A stretch of 64,000 bases of DNA from Pseudolabrys sp. Its GTDB lineage: Bacteria; Pseudomonadota; Alphaproteobacteria; Rhizobiales; Xanthobacteraceae. Under the pieces are notes generated by a model. It was given only the letters and a program-made list of their open reading frames with translations. It had not been told where the DNA came from and did no database searches. The translations under genes were made by a program, and so were the position numbers. The DNA lies in contig DATISB010000011.1 in the NCBI GenBank assembly GCA_035469145.1, positions 78 to 64,077 on the forward strand, given 5' to 3'. Of this stretch, positions 9,701 to 19,133 are shown piece after piece (the first letter of the stretch is position 1; each line of letters begins with the position of its first letter).

Positions 9701-10891
9701 ATGGCGAAGCACAAGCCCAGCAAGCGGCCGCGCAAAGCGCGCGCGCGCCCGCGCAAGGCTCGGATATTGGCGCCGGACCGGCGCGCGGTCGAAGCCGCGC
9801 TCGCCGGCATCGTGCACGACATCCGCACGCCGCTGACCGGGATCGTGGCGCTGGCCGAGTTGCTGGCGACCTCCGACATCGGCGCGCGCGAGCGCGAATG
9901 GGCGACCGCCATCAAGAGCGGCGCCGATCATCTCGCCGCGCTCACCACGCTGATCGTCGATGCCGTCAAGGCCGATGCTGCCGGCCTTACCTTGCAGCAC
10001 GAGCTGTTCTCGCCGCGGCACCTCGCCCAAGCGGTCGGCCATGCGCTCAGCGCGCGCGCCGGCAATAAAGGCATCAAGACCGAGATCGCGCTCGCGCCCG
10101 ATCTACCGGCGATGGTGGCCGGCGACGCGCTGCGCCTGCGCGCGGCGCTAGAAAACCTCGCCGACAATGCGGTCAAATTCACCAGCGAAGGCAGCGTGGT
10201 CTTCACCGTCGGCTTCAAACCGGCCGGGCGCTCGCGCGTGAGTCTTATTTTCACGGTCGCCGACACCGGCATCGGCATTGCTCCGCGCGACTTCAAGAAT
10301 TTGTTTCGTCCGTTCGCGCAGGCGAGCGAAGCGGTGGCGCGCCGTTACGGCGGCGCCGGCCTCGGCCTGGTCTTCGTCAAGCGCATTGCCAAGGTGATGG
10401 GCGGCAGTCTGGTTGGGACCTCAAGGCCAGGCCGCGGCAGCACGTTCCGCCTCAGCGTGCCGGTCGATCGCGTCGATGCGCCGCCGCAAGCCGAACGCAG
10501 CGGCGTGCGCGCCCGGCCCAAGCGCGCGCTGTCGATCCTGTGCGCCGAGGACAATCCGTATGGCCGCGCGGTGATGAATACGATCCTCAGCGAGCTCGGC
10601 CACCGCGTCGATTTCGTCGCCAGCGGCGAAGCGGCGGTGCAGGCGGCGGCGCGCGGCGGCTATGACGCCGTGCTGATGGATATCACGCTCGCCGGCTTCG
10701 AAGGCATCGAGGCGACACGCCGCATCCGCGCGCTGCCGGGCCAGGCGGGCCAAGTGCCTGTGATCGGCATTTCCGGCCGCACAGAAACCGGCGACGAGGC
10801 TGCCGCGCGAGCCGCCGGCATGAATTTCTATTTCGTGAAGCCGGTCGGTCCCGGCAAACTGGCGCAGGCGCTGGCATTGCTAACTGGCTGA
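9701..10891 (+). CDS. Hybrid histidine kinase/response regulator without a sensor domain
   Basis: H-box HDIRTPL, NAVKFT, DTGIG, GGAGLGL; receiver with AEDN, VLMD and KP. Confidence 0.88.
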   Translation: MAKHKPSKRPRKARARPRKARILAPDRRAVEAALAGIVHDIRTPLTGIVALAELLATSDIGAREREWATAIKSGADHLAALTTLIVDAVKADAAGLTLQHELFSPRHLAQAVGHALSARAGNKGIKTEIALAPDLPAMVAGDALRLRAALENLADNAVKFTSEGSVVFTVGFKPAGRSRVSLIFTVADTGIGIAPRDFKNLFRPFAQASEAVARRYGGAGLGLVFVKRIAKVMGGSLVGTSRPGRGSTFRLSVPVDRVDAPPQAERSGVRARPKRALSILCAEDNPYGRAVMNTILSELGHRVDFVASGEAAVQAAARGGYDAVLMDITLAGFEGIEATRRIRALPGQAGQVPVIGISGRTETGDEAAARAAGMNFYFVKPVGPGKLAQALALLTG

Positions 10892-10903
10892 TCCGCAATT
10901 GCG

Positions 10904-11059
10904 TCAAAGTGCGCGGCGGATGATCGAGACCGGTAAGCGACACGGCATGCGCTGGACAATGGAGACGATGATTTCCACCTGCGCGGCCATCGCGATGAGG
11001 GGCACCCAGGCCCACACGTTCGCCGACAAAGGGTCGGCAAAAATTTCGATTTCCGGCAT
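10904..11059 (-). CDS. Possible 51-aa hydrophobic small protein
   Basis: Hand-translated MPEIEIFADPLSANVWAWVPLIAMAAQVEIIVSIVQRMPCRLPVSIIRRAL; GAGGAG lies 10 nt before the ATG. Confidence 0.3.
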   Translation of the reverse strand: MPEIEIFADPLSANVWAWVPLIAMAAQVEIIVSIVQRMPCRLPVSIIRRAL

Positions 11060-11186
11060 AATCGATCGGCTCCTCAGCTGCGCGAAGTTTTGCCGATCAA
11101 TCGTTTTCGGCCGATGAAAGATTTGTGGCAGAAGCGAAAAAATTTTTCGTCAAATGCGATAGCGCAGCGGTTGGCGCAATCTTGCT

Positions 11187-13169
11187 TTAGACGTTACTCG
11201 CGCTATTCGCCTGCTCTACGATGCGCACCACGTCCGCCATGATGCGGTTCAATTCGAAATCCTTCGGCGTGTAGACCGCGGCGACGCCGGCCTGTTCCAG
11301 CGCCAGGGCGTCCTCGGGCGGGATGATGCCGCCGACCACCACCGGCACCTTGAGGCCCGCCGCCTTCATGCGGCCGACCACGTCCTGCACCAGCGGCAGG
11401 TGGCTGCCCGAGAGTACGGAAAGCCCGATGACATGGGCCTTTTGCTTGCGCGCGGTATCGACGATCTCCTCCGGCGTCAACCGGATGCCCTCATAGACCA
11501 CCTGCATGCCGGCATCGCGTGCGCGTACCGCGATCTGTTCGGCGCCGTTGGAATGGCCGTCAAGCCCGGGCTTGCCGACCAGGAACGTTAGCCGGCGGCC
11601 GAGCTTGCGTGAGACGCGATCGACGTCGGCGCGGATGTCGTCGAGCCCGGTCACGTCGTTGCGCATGGCGCGGCCGACGCCGGTGGGCGCGCGGTATTCG
11701 CCGAACGCCTCGCGCAGGGTCCAGCCCCATTCGCCGGTGGTGACGCCGGCCTTGGCGCAGGCGATCGAGGCCGGCATGATGTTGCTGCCGCTGGTGGCGG
11801 CGCGTTCGAGCTCCTTCAGCGTGGCGGCGACCGCGGCATTGTCGCGCGCCGCGCGCCAGGCTTTGAGCTTTTCAAGCTGGTCGCGCTCGGCGTCTTGCGA
11901 AACCGTCATGATCGAATCGACGCCGCCGGTGAGCGGCGAGGACTCGCTCTCGAGATATTTGTTGACGCCGATCACAATCTGCTCGCCGCGCTCGATCGCC
12001 TCCAGCCGCGCGGTGTTGGATTCCACCAACTGCTGCTTCATGTAGCCGCTCTCGACCGCCGCCACCGCGCCGCCCATCTCGTCGATACGCTTGAGCTCTT
12101 CCTTAGCCTCGGCCTTGAGTGCGTCCACCTTGCGCGAAATTTCCTCGGAACCATCGAAAATATCGCCGTAATCGAGCAGATCTGTTTCGTAGGCGAGGAT
12201 CTGTTGCATGCGCAGCGACCATTGCTGGTCCCACGGCCGCGGCAGGCCGAGCGCCTCGTTCCAGGCCGGCAGTTGCACGGCGCGGGCGCGCGCGTTCTTC
12301 GACAGCGTCACCGCCAACATCTCGAGCAGAATGCGCGTGACGTTGTTTTCGGCTTGCTGCTCGGTCAGCCCCAGCGAGTTCACCTGCACGCCGTAGCGGA
12401 ACAGTCGCTGCTTGGGATCGGTGATGCCATAGCGCTCGCGCGTGATCTCGTCCCACAATTCAACGAAGGCGCGCATCTTGCACATCTCGGTGATGAACCG
12501 AAGTCCGGCGTTGACGAAGAACGAAATGCGCCCCACCACCTCGCCGAATTTCTCCTGGGTGACTTCGCCCGATGCCTTCACCGTGTCGAGCACCGCCACC
12601 GCGGTCGCCAGCGCGAAGGCCAGCTCCTGCACCGGCGTCGCACCTGCCTCCTGTAAATGGTAGGAGCAGATGTTCATCGGATTCCACTTCGGCAATTCGC
12701 TGGTGGTGAAAATCGCCACGTCCTTGATCAGCCGCATCGACGGCGCCGGCGGGAACACATAGGTACCGCGCGAGAGATATTCCTTGATGATATCGTTCTG
12801 GATGGTGCCGGTGAGCGCCGCGCGCGGCGCGCCGGTCTCGTCGGCCACCGCGATGTAGAGCGCCATCAGCCATGCCGCGGTGGCGTTGATGGTCATCGAG
12901 GTGTTCATGCTGCCAAGCGGGATGCCGGTCAACAGCGCGCGCATGTCGCCGAGATGGCAGACCGGCACGCCGACCTTGCCCACCTCGCCCTTGGCCAGCA
13001 TGTGGTCCGAGTCGTAGCCGGTCTGGGTCGGTAGATCGAAGGCGACCGACAGGCCGGTCTGCCCCTTGGCCAGATTCTTGCGATAGAGCGCGTTGGACTC
13101 CGCGGCCGTGGAATGGCCGGCGTAGGTCCGGAAGATCCACGGTTTATCGCGTTGGGTTTTGTCGCGCAT
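11187..13169 (-). CDS. ecm: Ethylmalonyl-CoA mutase (MeaA), B12-dependent
   Basis: RDKPWIFRTYAGHS N-terminus, AFDLPTQTGYD, B12-binding GLDGHSNG; near ccr. Confidence 0.93.
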   Translation of the reverse strand: MRDKTQRDKPWIFRTYAGHSTAAESNALYRKNLAKGQTGLSVAFDLPTQTGYDSDHMLAKGEVGKVGVPVCHLGDMRALLTGIPLGSMNTSMTINATAAWLMALYIAVADETGAPRAALTGTIQNDIIKEYLSRGTYVFPPAPSMRLIKDVAIFTTSELPKWNPMNICSYHLQEAGATPVQELAFALATAVAVLDTVKASGEVTQEKFGEVVGRISFFVNAGLRFITEMCKMRAFVELWDEITRERYGITDPKQRLFRYGVQVNSLGLTEQQAENNVTRILLEMLAVTLSKNARARAVQLPAWNEALGLPRPWDQQWSLRMQQILAYETDLLDYGDIFDGSEEISRKVDALKAEAKEELKRIDEMGGAVAAVESGYMKQQLVESNTARLEAIERGEQIVIGVNKYLESESSPLTGGVDSIMTVSQDAERDQLEKLKAWRAARDNAAVAATLKELERAATSGSNIMPASIACAKAGVTTGEWGWTLREAFGEYRAPTGVGRAMRNDVTGLDDIRADVDRVSRKLGRRLTFLVGKPGLDGHSNGAEQIAVRARDAGMQVVYEGIRLTPEEIVDTARKQKAHVIGLSVLSGSHLPLVQDVVGRMKAAGLKVPVVVGGIIPPEDALALEQAGVAAVYTPKDFELNRIMADVVRIVEQANSASNV

Positions 13170-13203
13170 CGGTCGCCTTATGGCGACAGTGTGGACCGGC
13201 TTT

Positions 13204-13218
13204 TGTTGCAATGCAACA
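13204..13218. promoter_or_regulatory. Palindromic operator upstream of ecm (PhaR-like TGC-N3-GCA)
   Basis: TGTTGCA-A-TGCAACA, a perfect inverted repeat 35 bp upstream of the start. Confidence 0.6.
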
Positions 13219-13297
13219 CACGTCGCAGCAAAGCGCGCCGCCGCCGGGCAGGGCGCGAGCCCGGCCCTTCAACTCAGCGCGAAACCGCGTGCCGCTG

Positions 13298-13555
13298 CTA
13301 TCGTTTGATCAGTCGAATGATGAATAGAAGGATGCAGGCGCCGACGGTCGCGATGACGATCGCCGTGAGCCACCAAGGTCCGATGCCGGGAAGGTGGAGC
13401 TGGCCCCAAATCCAACTGCCGATGAAGGCGCCGATGATGCCGATGATGATGTCGCCGATCAGGCCGAAGCCGCCGCCCATGATCCTGCCGGCCAGCCAGC
13501 CGGCAATAAGGCCGATAAGCAAGATGACGATAATACTGTTGGTTTCCAGCATCAT
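13298..13555 (-). CDS. GlsB/YeaQ/YmgE family membrane protein
   Basis: IGLIAGWLAG...GFGLIGDIIIGIIGAFIG...GACILLFIIRLIKR. Confidence 0.9.
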   Translation of the reverse strand: MMLETNSIIVILLIGLIAGWLAGRIMGGGFGLIGDIIIGIIGAFIGSWIWGQLHLPGIGPWWLTAIVIATVGACILLFIIRLIKR

Positions 13556-13735
13556 GATGGCGATCCCTCCCCAGCGAGACACCGCAGACATCCGCGCGCG
13601 GCAATGTTGCCGGCAACGGGCCACGGCCCCACAGGTCATTCAACCTGAAAGCCGCAGGTCCGTCGATATGGCTGGCAGCGAATTGTGGATGGCGGCTGTG
13701 AACGGGTAATGACGCCGTCGAAGCGAGTAGATGCA

Positions 13736-14582
13736 TCAGACCATGCCCTGTGCAGGTAAGGAAGCGTTGTGCGGCGTCAGCGCGCGGCGCGCGATCAGCG
13801 CCGCCACCAGCAGCACTGCAGCGAAGCCGACCGGCGCTTTGACGAATGGGAAGATCAGCACCAGCAGGCAGGCGAGGGCGATGCCGGCCAGCTCATGGTT
13901 GAGAAATCCGCGCGCGCGGCCGAGCCGCCATAGGAAGGCGAGCGGCACCGCGAGCACCACGAGGTCGTAAGTGTAAAGATAGGGCGTCGCCAGCATGGCG
14001 CCGATGCTGAGCGCCGCCGCCTTGGCCTCATCGTCGGCGCGGCTGCGCTACAGCGCCGTGATGGCGGCCACGGCGATCAGCGCGACCAAGGCCTGCGCGC
14101 TCCAGGCCAATGGCTCCGATCCGCCTAGCATGCGCACAAGACCGAACGCGGTCTGCAGCCGAGCTCAGGAATCCAACTTGTCCGGCGATGAAGTTGGCCA
14201 GCACGGCGGGAAAGGCGGCGGCGATAAAAAATCCGGTGCGCTCGCCGAGAATTCCACGCAGGCAGAACAAGTAGGCGCAGAATGTCGAGACTAAGAAGAT
14301 GATCTGCGCCGGAACATAGGACATCTTCGCCAACAAGGCGGCGACCGGCAGGAACGTCGGCGGATAATGCCAACCGAAATAGCCCTCGAACGGATGGCCG
14401 AGCGCGACCAATTCCATCGCCTTGTGGGTCGGCCAGTCGTAGGCCGCGGCTGGATTCCCCTGCAAAACCAATTGCCCGGCAGCCCAGACATTGACGAAGT
14501 CCGTCGGCGCCAAGATTCACGAGCCCTGTACATAGGAGGCGACCAGATAGACCGCGTGCGCGACAATCAGCGCAAAACAGGA
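13736..14582 (-). pseudogene. Decayed glycosyltransferase family 87 (DUF2029) gene
   Basis: Fragments TDFVNVWAAG, WHYPPTF and ATPYLYTYDL are spread over several frames, with in-frame stops, a missing middle section and a missing 5' end. Confidence 0.8.
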
Positions 14583-14632
14583 ACCCTTAAAAGCCTTGAG
14601 GCAAGGCGGTTTTTGCACGGGACTAAACGAAA

Positions 14633-14647
14633 TGTTGCGTTGCAACA
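14633..14647. promoter_or_regulatory. Palindromic operator upstream of ccr (PhaR-like)
   Basis: TGTTGC-GTT-GCAACA; same arms as 13204-13218. Confidence 0.6.
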
Positions 14648-14700
14648 TAAATTGCGCCAAACTATTTAAAGCGCAACGATAGTGCTCAAGGAGAGTGCAG

Positions 14701-15978
14701 ATGCCGGCCGCCGCGAAGGTGAAGAGCGTTTCTCCGCTCAAGGACCTCTATGGCATCGGCGAGATTCCGCCACTCGGGCACGTGCCCGAAAGAATGCACG
14801 CCTGGGTGATCCGCAAGGACCGCCACGGGCCGCCGGACAAGTCGTTCCAACTAGAAGTGGTGCCGACCTGGCCGATCGGCGAGGACGAGGTGCTGCTGTT
14901 GGTGATGGCGGGCGGCGTCAACTACAACGGCGTTTGGGCCGGTCTCGGCCAGCCGATTTCCACCTTCGACGTGCACAAGCATCCGTTTCACATCGCCGGC
15001 TCAGATGCGTCGGGCATCGTCTGGGCGATCGGCAACAAGGTGCATCGCTGGAAGGTCGGCGATGAGGTCATCGTCCACTGCAATCAGGATGACGGCGACG
15101 ACGAGGACTGCAATGGCGGCGATCCGCTACTCTCGCCCTCGCAGCGCATCTGGGGCTATGAGACGCCGGACGGATCGTTCGCGCAATTCTGCCGCGTGCA
15201 GTCGCGGCAATTGATGCACAAGCCCAATCACCTGTCCTGGGAAGAATCGGCCTGCTACACGCTCACGCTCGCCACCGCCTACCGCATGTTGTTCGGCCAT
15301 TCGCCGCATACACTCAAGCCCGGTGACAATGTGCTGGTGTGGGGCGGCTCCGGCGGGCTCGGCGTGTTTGGCGTGCAGCTTGTCGCCGCTTCGGGCGCCA
15401 ATGCCATCGCCGTCGTCTCCGACGAGTCGAAGGTCGAATACGTGCTCAACCTCGGCGCAAAGGGCGTGATCAACCGCAAGGACTTCAAGTGCTGGGGCCA
15501 GATGCCAGCGGTCAACACCGAGGAATACAACGTCTGGACCAAGGAAGCGCGCCGTTTCGGTAAGGCGATTTGGGACATCACCGGCAAGCGCGACGTCGAC
15601 ATCGTGTTCGAGCATCCGGGCGAGCAGACCTTCCCGGTCTCCTGCCTGGTGGTGAAGCGCGGCGGCATGGTGGTGTTCTGCGCCGGCACCACCGGCTACA
15701 ATCTTACCTTCGATGCCCGCTATGTCTGGATGCGGCAGAAGCGCGTGCAGGGCTCGCATTTCGCGCACCTCAAGCAGGCCTCGCAGGCCAACCGCTTTGT
15801 GCTCGAGCAGCGTATCGACCCTTGCATGAGTGAGGTGTTCGCCTGGGATAAGATCCCGCTCGCGCACATGAAGATGTGGAAGAACCAGCACCCGCCCGGT
15901 AACATGGCGGTCATGGTCAACGCGCCGCGCCCGGGCCTGAAAAACTTCGAGGACGTGCAGGAAGCGGCGGGCGCATGA
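14701..15978 (+). CDS. ccrA: Crotonyl-CoA carboxylase/reductase
   Basis: KDLYGIGEIPPLGHVP, GVNYNGVWA, IWGYETPDGSFAQF, FEHPGE, WMRQKRVQGSHFA. Confidence 0.95.
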   Translation: MPAAAKVKSVSPLKDLYGIGEIPPLGHVPERMHAWVIRKDRHGPPDKSFQLEVVPTWPIGEDEVLLLVMAGGVNYNGVWAGLGQPISTFDVHKHPFHIAGSDASGIVWAIGNKVHRWKVGDEVIVHCNQDDGDDEDCNGGDPLLSPSQRIWGYETPDGSFAQFCRVQSRQLMHKPNHLSWEESACYTLTLATAYRMLFGHSPHTLKPGDNVLVWGGSGGLGVFGVQLVAASGANAIAVVSDESKVEYVLNLGAKGVINRKDFKCWGQMPAVNTEEYNVWTKEARRFGKAIWDITGKRDVDIVFEHPGEQTFPVSCLVVKRGGMVVFCAGTTGYNLTFDARYVWMRQKRVQGSHFAHLKQASQANRFVLEQRIDPCMSEVFAWDKIPLAHMKMWKNQHPPGNMAVMVNAPRPGLKNFEDVQEAAGA

Positions 15979-16044
15979 TCCCGAAAAAAGCCTGTCCCGG
16001 ACTTGATCCGGGATGGGAACCGGTTTTCGGAAAAGATCATGCGC
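15971..16044. repeat. Palindromic repeat, family A copy 2 (long form with internal hairpin)
   Basis: Same arms as 2512-2560 plus internal gcctgtcccggacttgatccggga. Confidence 0.85.
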
Positions 16045-16089
16045 AAGAAAAATGACTAGTTCGCGCCGCCGGATTTTTAACGCGGCGTG

Positions 16090-16935
16090 TTAACCGGTTT
16101 CGTGGTGCGCCTTGACGATGGCCGAATTCAACTCGCCGCCGAAGATGAAGATCGACGAGCAGACATAAAGAAACACCAGCGCGATCATCACCGACGCCAG
16201 CCCCGCATACATCGACACATACGTAAATGCGTAAGTGGCAAGATAGCGGCCGAAAACGGCGCCGCTGATCAGCCATAACAGCAGCGTCGCGATAATGCCG
16301 GGCGCGATCGTGCTGAAGGAACGGCGGCCGGCCGGCAGCCAGCGGTGCACGATCACCAGCGCGATCACCAGCACCACCACCGCCACCGCGTAGCGGGCGA
16401 AGGTGATAAGGCCGCTCAACGGCTCCAGCGTTGGCACATAGTGCAGCAGCCTCGCCCAGATCAGCGGTGCCAACACCACCAGGAACGAGAATGCCAGGAT
16501 CGCCACCGCGCCGATCAGTACATAGACGATCGACTCCAGCCGTAAGATCCACCACGAGCGCACCTCAACCGCTTTATAGGCACGGTTGAGGCCGATGCGC
16601 AGGCCGTCCACCCCGCTGGAGGCGAAATAGAGCGCGAACAGCACGCCGAGGGTGAGCACGTCGCCGCGGGTATTGGTGAGCACGTCGGTGAGGTCGAACG
16701 CGATCGGGCCGGCCACTTCCTTCGGCCAGGCCTCCAGCAGGATGTGCGCGGCCTCGTCAGCGAGCTCTTTTGAGCCGAAGAAAAAGCCGGCAAGCGCGGT
16801 GACCACGATGAGGAACGGGAACATCGCCATCAGAGTGGACAGCGCGATGTGGCTCGCGATCGCCCAGCCGTCATTGGCGAGAAAATGCTGGGCTGTGTCG
16901 AGCACGATCCGCAACGACAGTTTGAGAATGCGCAA
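16090..16935 (-). CDS. YihY/virulence factor BrkB family membrane protein
   Basis: STLMAMFPFLI, GLNRAY, YAGLASVMIALVFLY...GGELN. Confidence 0.88.
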   Translation of the reverse strand: MRILKLSLRIVLDTAQHFLANDGWAIASHIALSTLMAMFPFLIVVTALAGFFFGSKELADEAAHILLEAWPKEVAGPIAFDLTDVLTNTRGDVLTLGVLFALYFASSGVDGLRIGLNRAYKAVEVRSWWILRLESIVYVLIGAVAILAFSFLVVLAPLIWARLLHYVPTLEPLSGLITFARYAVAVVVLVIALVIVHRWLPAGRRSFSTIAPGIIATLLLWLISGAVFGRYLATYAFTYVSMYAGLASVMIALVFLYVCSSIFIFGGELNSAIVKAHHETG

Positions 16936-17011
16936 AATGCTTGCCCCCGAGCAACCTCGTCAGGACTTTGAATCAGCTATCGCCGCGCGCTTTGCAAGGG
17001 GTAGCGATATT

Positions 17012-17129
17012 CTGCTGTCGTTCCGGGCGACCGAGCGCAAGCGAGGGAACCCCGGGATCCATAGCCCCGGTTTCTATAATGCAGATGGGCAGGGGTTATG
17101 GGTCCCCGTTTTCGCGGGGACGACGGCAG
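17012..17129. repeat. REP-like paired palindromic element
   Basis: ctgctgtcgttcc...gggatccata pairs with tatgggtccccgttttcgcggggacgacggcag; internal hairpins. Confidence 0.65.
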
Positions 17130-17149
17130 TCAGGCCTACGCCGCCTGCA

Positions 17150-18968
17150 CGCGACCGCATCGGCGAGGTCTTTGACGTCGGCTGCGGTCGAGCGGGCATC
17201 GGTGGTGACGCCGGCAACCTTGCTCATCGCCTCGGCGCCGCTGCGCGCCTCGCCGGAGGCGCGGCTGACGCCTTCCGCGATCGAAGCCACCGCGGAGTTC
17301 TGCTGATCGACGGTAGCCGCCGCCATGGTGGCGATCGCCGACATTTCGCGGATGATGGCGTTGACCTGTTCGATCGCGCGCGCCGCGTCGGCGGCGGCCG
17401 ATTGGATCGAGCCGATCTGCTCGGCGATCTCCTCGGTCGCTTTTGCAGTCTGTCCGGCCAGCGATTTCACTTCCGAAGCGGCCACCGCGAAACCCCTGCC
17501 GGATTCGCCGGCGCGGGCCGCTTCGATGGTGGCGTTGAGCGCGAGCAGGTTGGTCTGCCCGGCGATCGCTGGATCAGGCCCACCACCTCGCCGATGCGGG
17601 TGCTGCCAAGTTCCGACATGGTGGTGACGGTGCGCTGGGCTTCTGATACCGCGCGCCCCGCCACGTCGGTGGATTTCGCGGCCTTGTTGAGATCGCTCGA
17701 GCTCATTTCCAGCTTCATGGACGCCCCGCGCAGCTTGCTTAGCGCACTTTCGACCGAGTGCTTGAATTGTGCGATGGTGAGTGCAATCGTGTCGTTGCGC
17801 TGCGCCTGCGCGCGGCCCGCATCGGTCTGAATGCCGGCGAGCTTTTCCCGCTCGATCATATTGTCGCGGAACACGATCACCGCGCGCGCCATCTCGCCGA
17901 TCTCATCGCGTGCGTCGGTGGCGGGAATGCGGGCGCTGGTATCGCCGGCGGCGAGCTGCTGCATCACGCCGGCCAGGCCATGGAGCGGGCGCGTGATGCT
18001 GCGTCCGATCAGCCAGCTGAAACCAAGGCCGAACGCTACCATGGCGATGCTGACTGCGATCATTCCGGTGCGCGTATGGCGTTGCGATGCGGTCAGCCCC
18101 GATGACGCCTCTTCTGCCGTCCGGCGCGCTCGTTCGATGATTTCGTCCGCACGCGGCAGCATGCTCTGGCTGTCGATATCGATCAACGTGCGTAGTGGAT
18201 GCACGCGGTCGAAGCTGTCGCTCCATTGCGCGAAGGTATCGGCATAGGTTTTCACCTCGTGATCGAGCGAGTCCTTCATCTCTGGCGTGCCGTCGATCAA
18301 GGCGAAGGTGTCGGTGAATTTCTTGTCGCCGGCGAGAAATTGTAGCTTGGTCAGCTCGCTTTGATTGAGCCGGTATTCGGCTTCGTAGGTCCGCATGGCG
18401 AGCTGCGCCATCATCAATTTTCCGGCATCCGCTTCGGCCAGCCATGTCATGCTCTCGTTGATGATGCGCTCGACCGCGTTTTCGGCTTCGCGAAGATTGT
18501 TGCGTAGTGCGGCGTTTTCGTCGAAGCCAAAGGTCTTCTGTTCCCGCACCTGTTCGGTGAAGGTGTCGCGCAAAGACATGACGTTCTTGCGTAAGCCCAC
18601 GATGTTTTCGGCATGGCGGCGATCGATCGAGGCCGCGATGGTGTCGAGGCTTTGCACGCGACCGAATGTGCTTGCACGAAGCTCACTACCAGATTGTCGC
18701 TGGGGTTAGCGCTGAAGTCTTTCACGATGATTCGCATCGCCGCGACCGCGCTTTTGAAATCACGGCTGGTGTCGGCGAGACCGGCGGAATGCTTGACCGT
18801 CTCGAAGGCGGTGCCGACGTCGCCTTCGCCGGAGACATAAGTGAGCCCGTTGGCGAGGAACCCGACCACCGGGATCAGCGCCAGCACGATGATCCGGGTG
18901 CGCACCGAAATCGAGGTGAGCAACCGGCTCACCCGATTGAGCGAAAACGGTAGATTTATGAAACGCAT
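17150..18968 (-). pseudogene. Frameshifted methyl-accepting chemotaxis protein
   Basis: TM-periplasmic-TM-HAMP (SITRPL...DEIGEMARA) and signalling hairpin [28 protein letters not shown] are split over three ORFs; internal deletion and truncated C-terminus. Confidence 0.85.
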
Positions 18969-19067
18969 GGGCCGGTTCGCGTCTCGCAAATGGCAGAGGA
19001 AACCGCGCAGAGGTAACCGTGATCAGAGGGGCAGGAAACCCGCCAATTTCCAGCCCACTTTGCTTTT

Positions 19068-19078
19068 GTGCACTGCAC
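19068..19078. promoter_or_regulatory. TGC-N3-GCA palindrome upstream of mcd
   Basis: GTGCA-C-TGCAC, about 55 bp upstream of the start. Confidence 0.45.
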
Positions 19079-19133
19079 GCGTAGTGTCTTTGTCGCAGCC
19101 GGCACCAAGACATCGCCTGTCCCCGAGGATTTC

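Noticed and set aside
16077-16094. TTAA...TTAAC as a CtrA box
   Set aside because: The spacer is 9 nt rather than 7, and the site lies at convergent gene ends.
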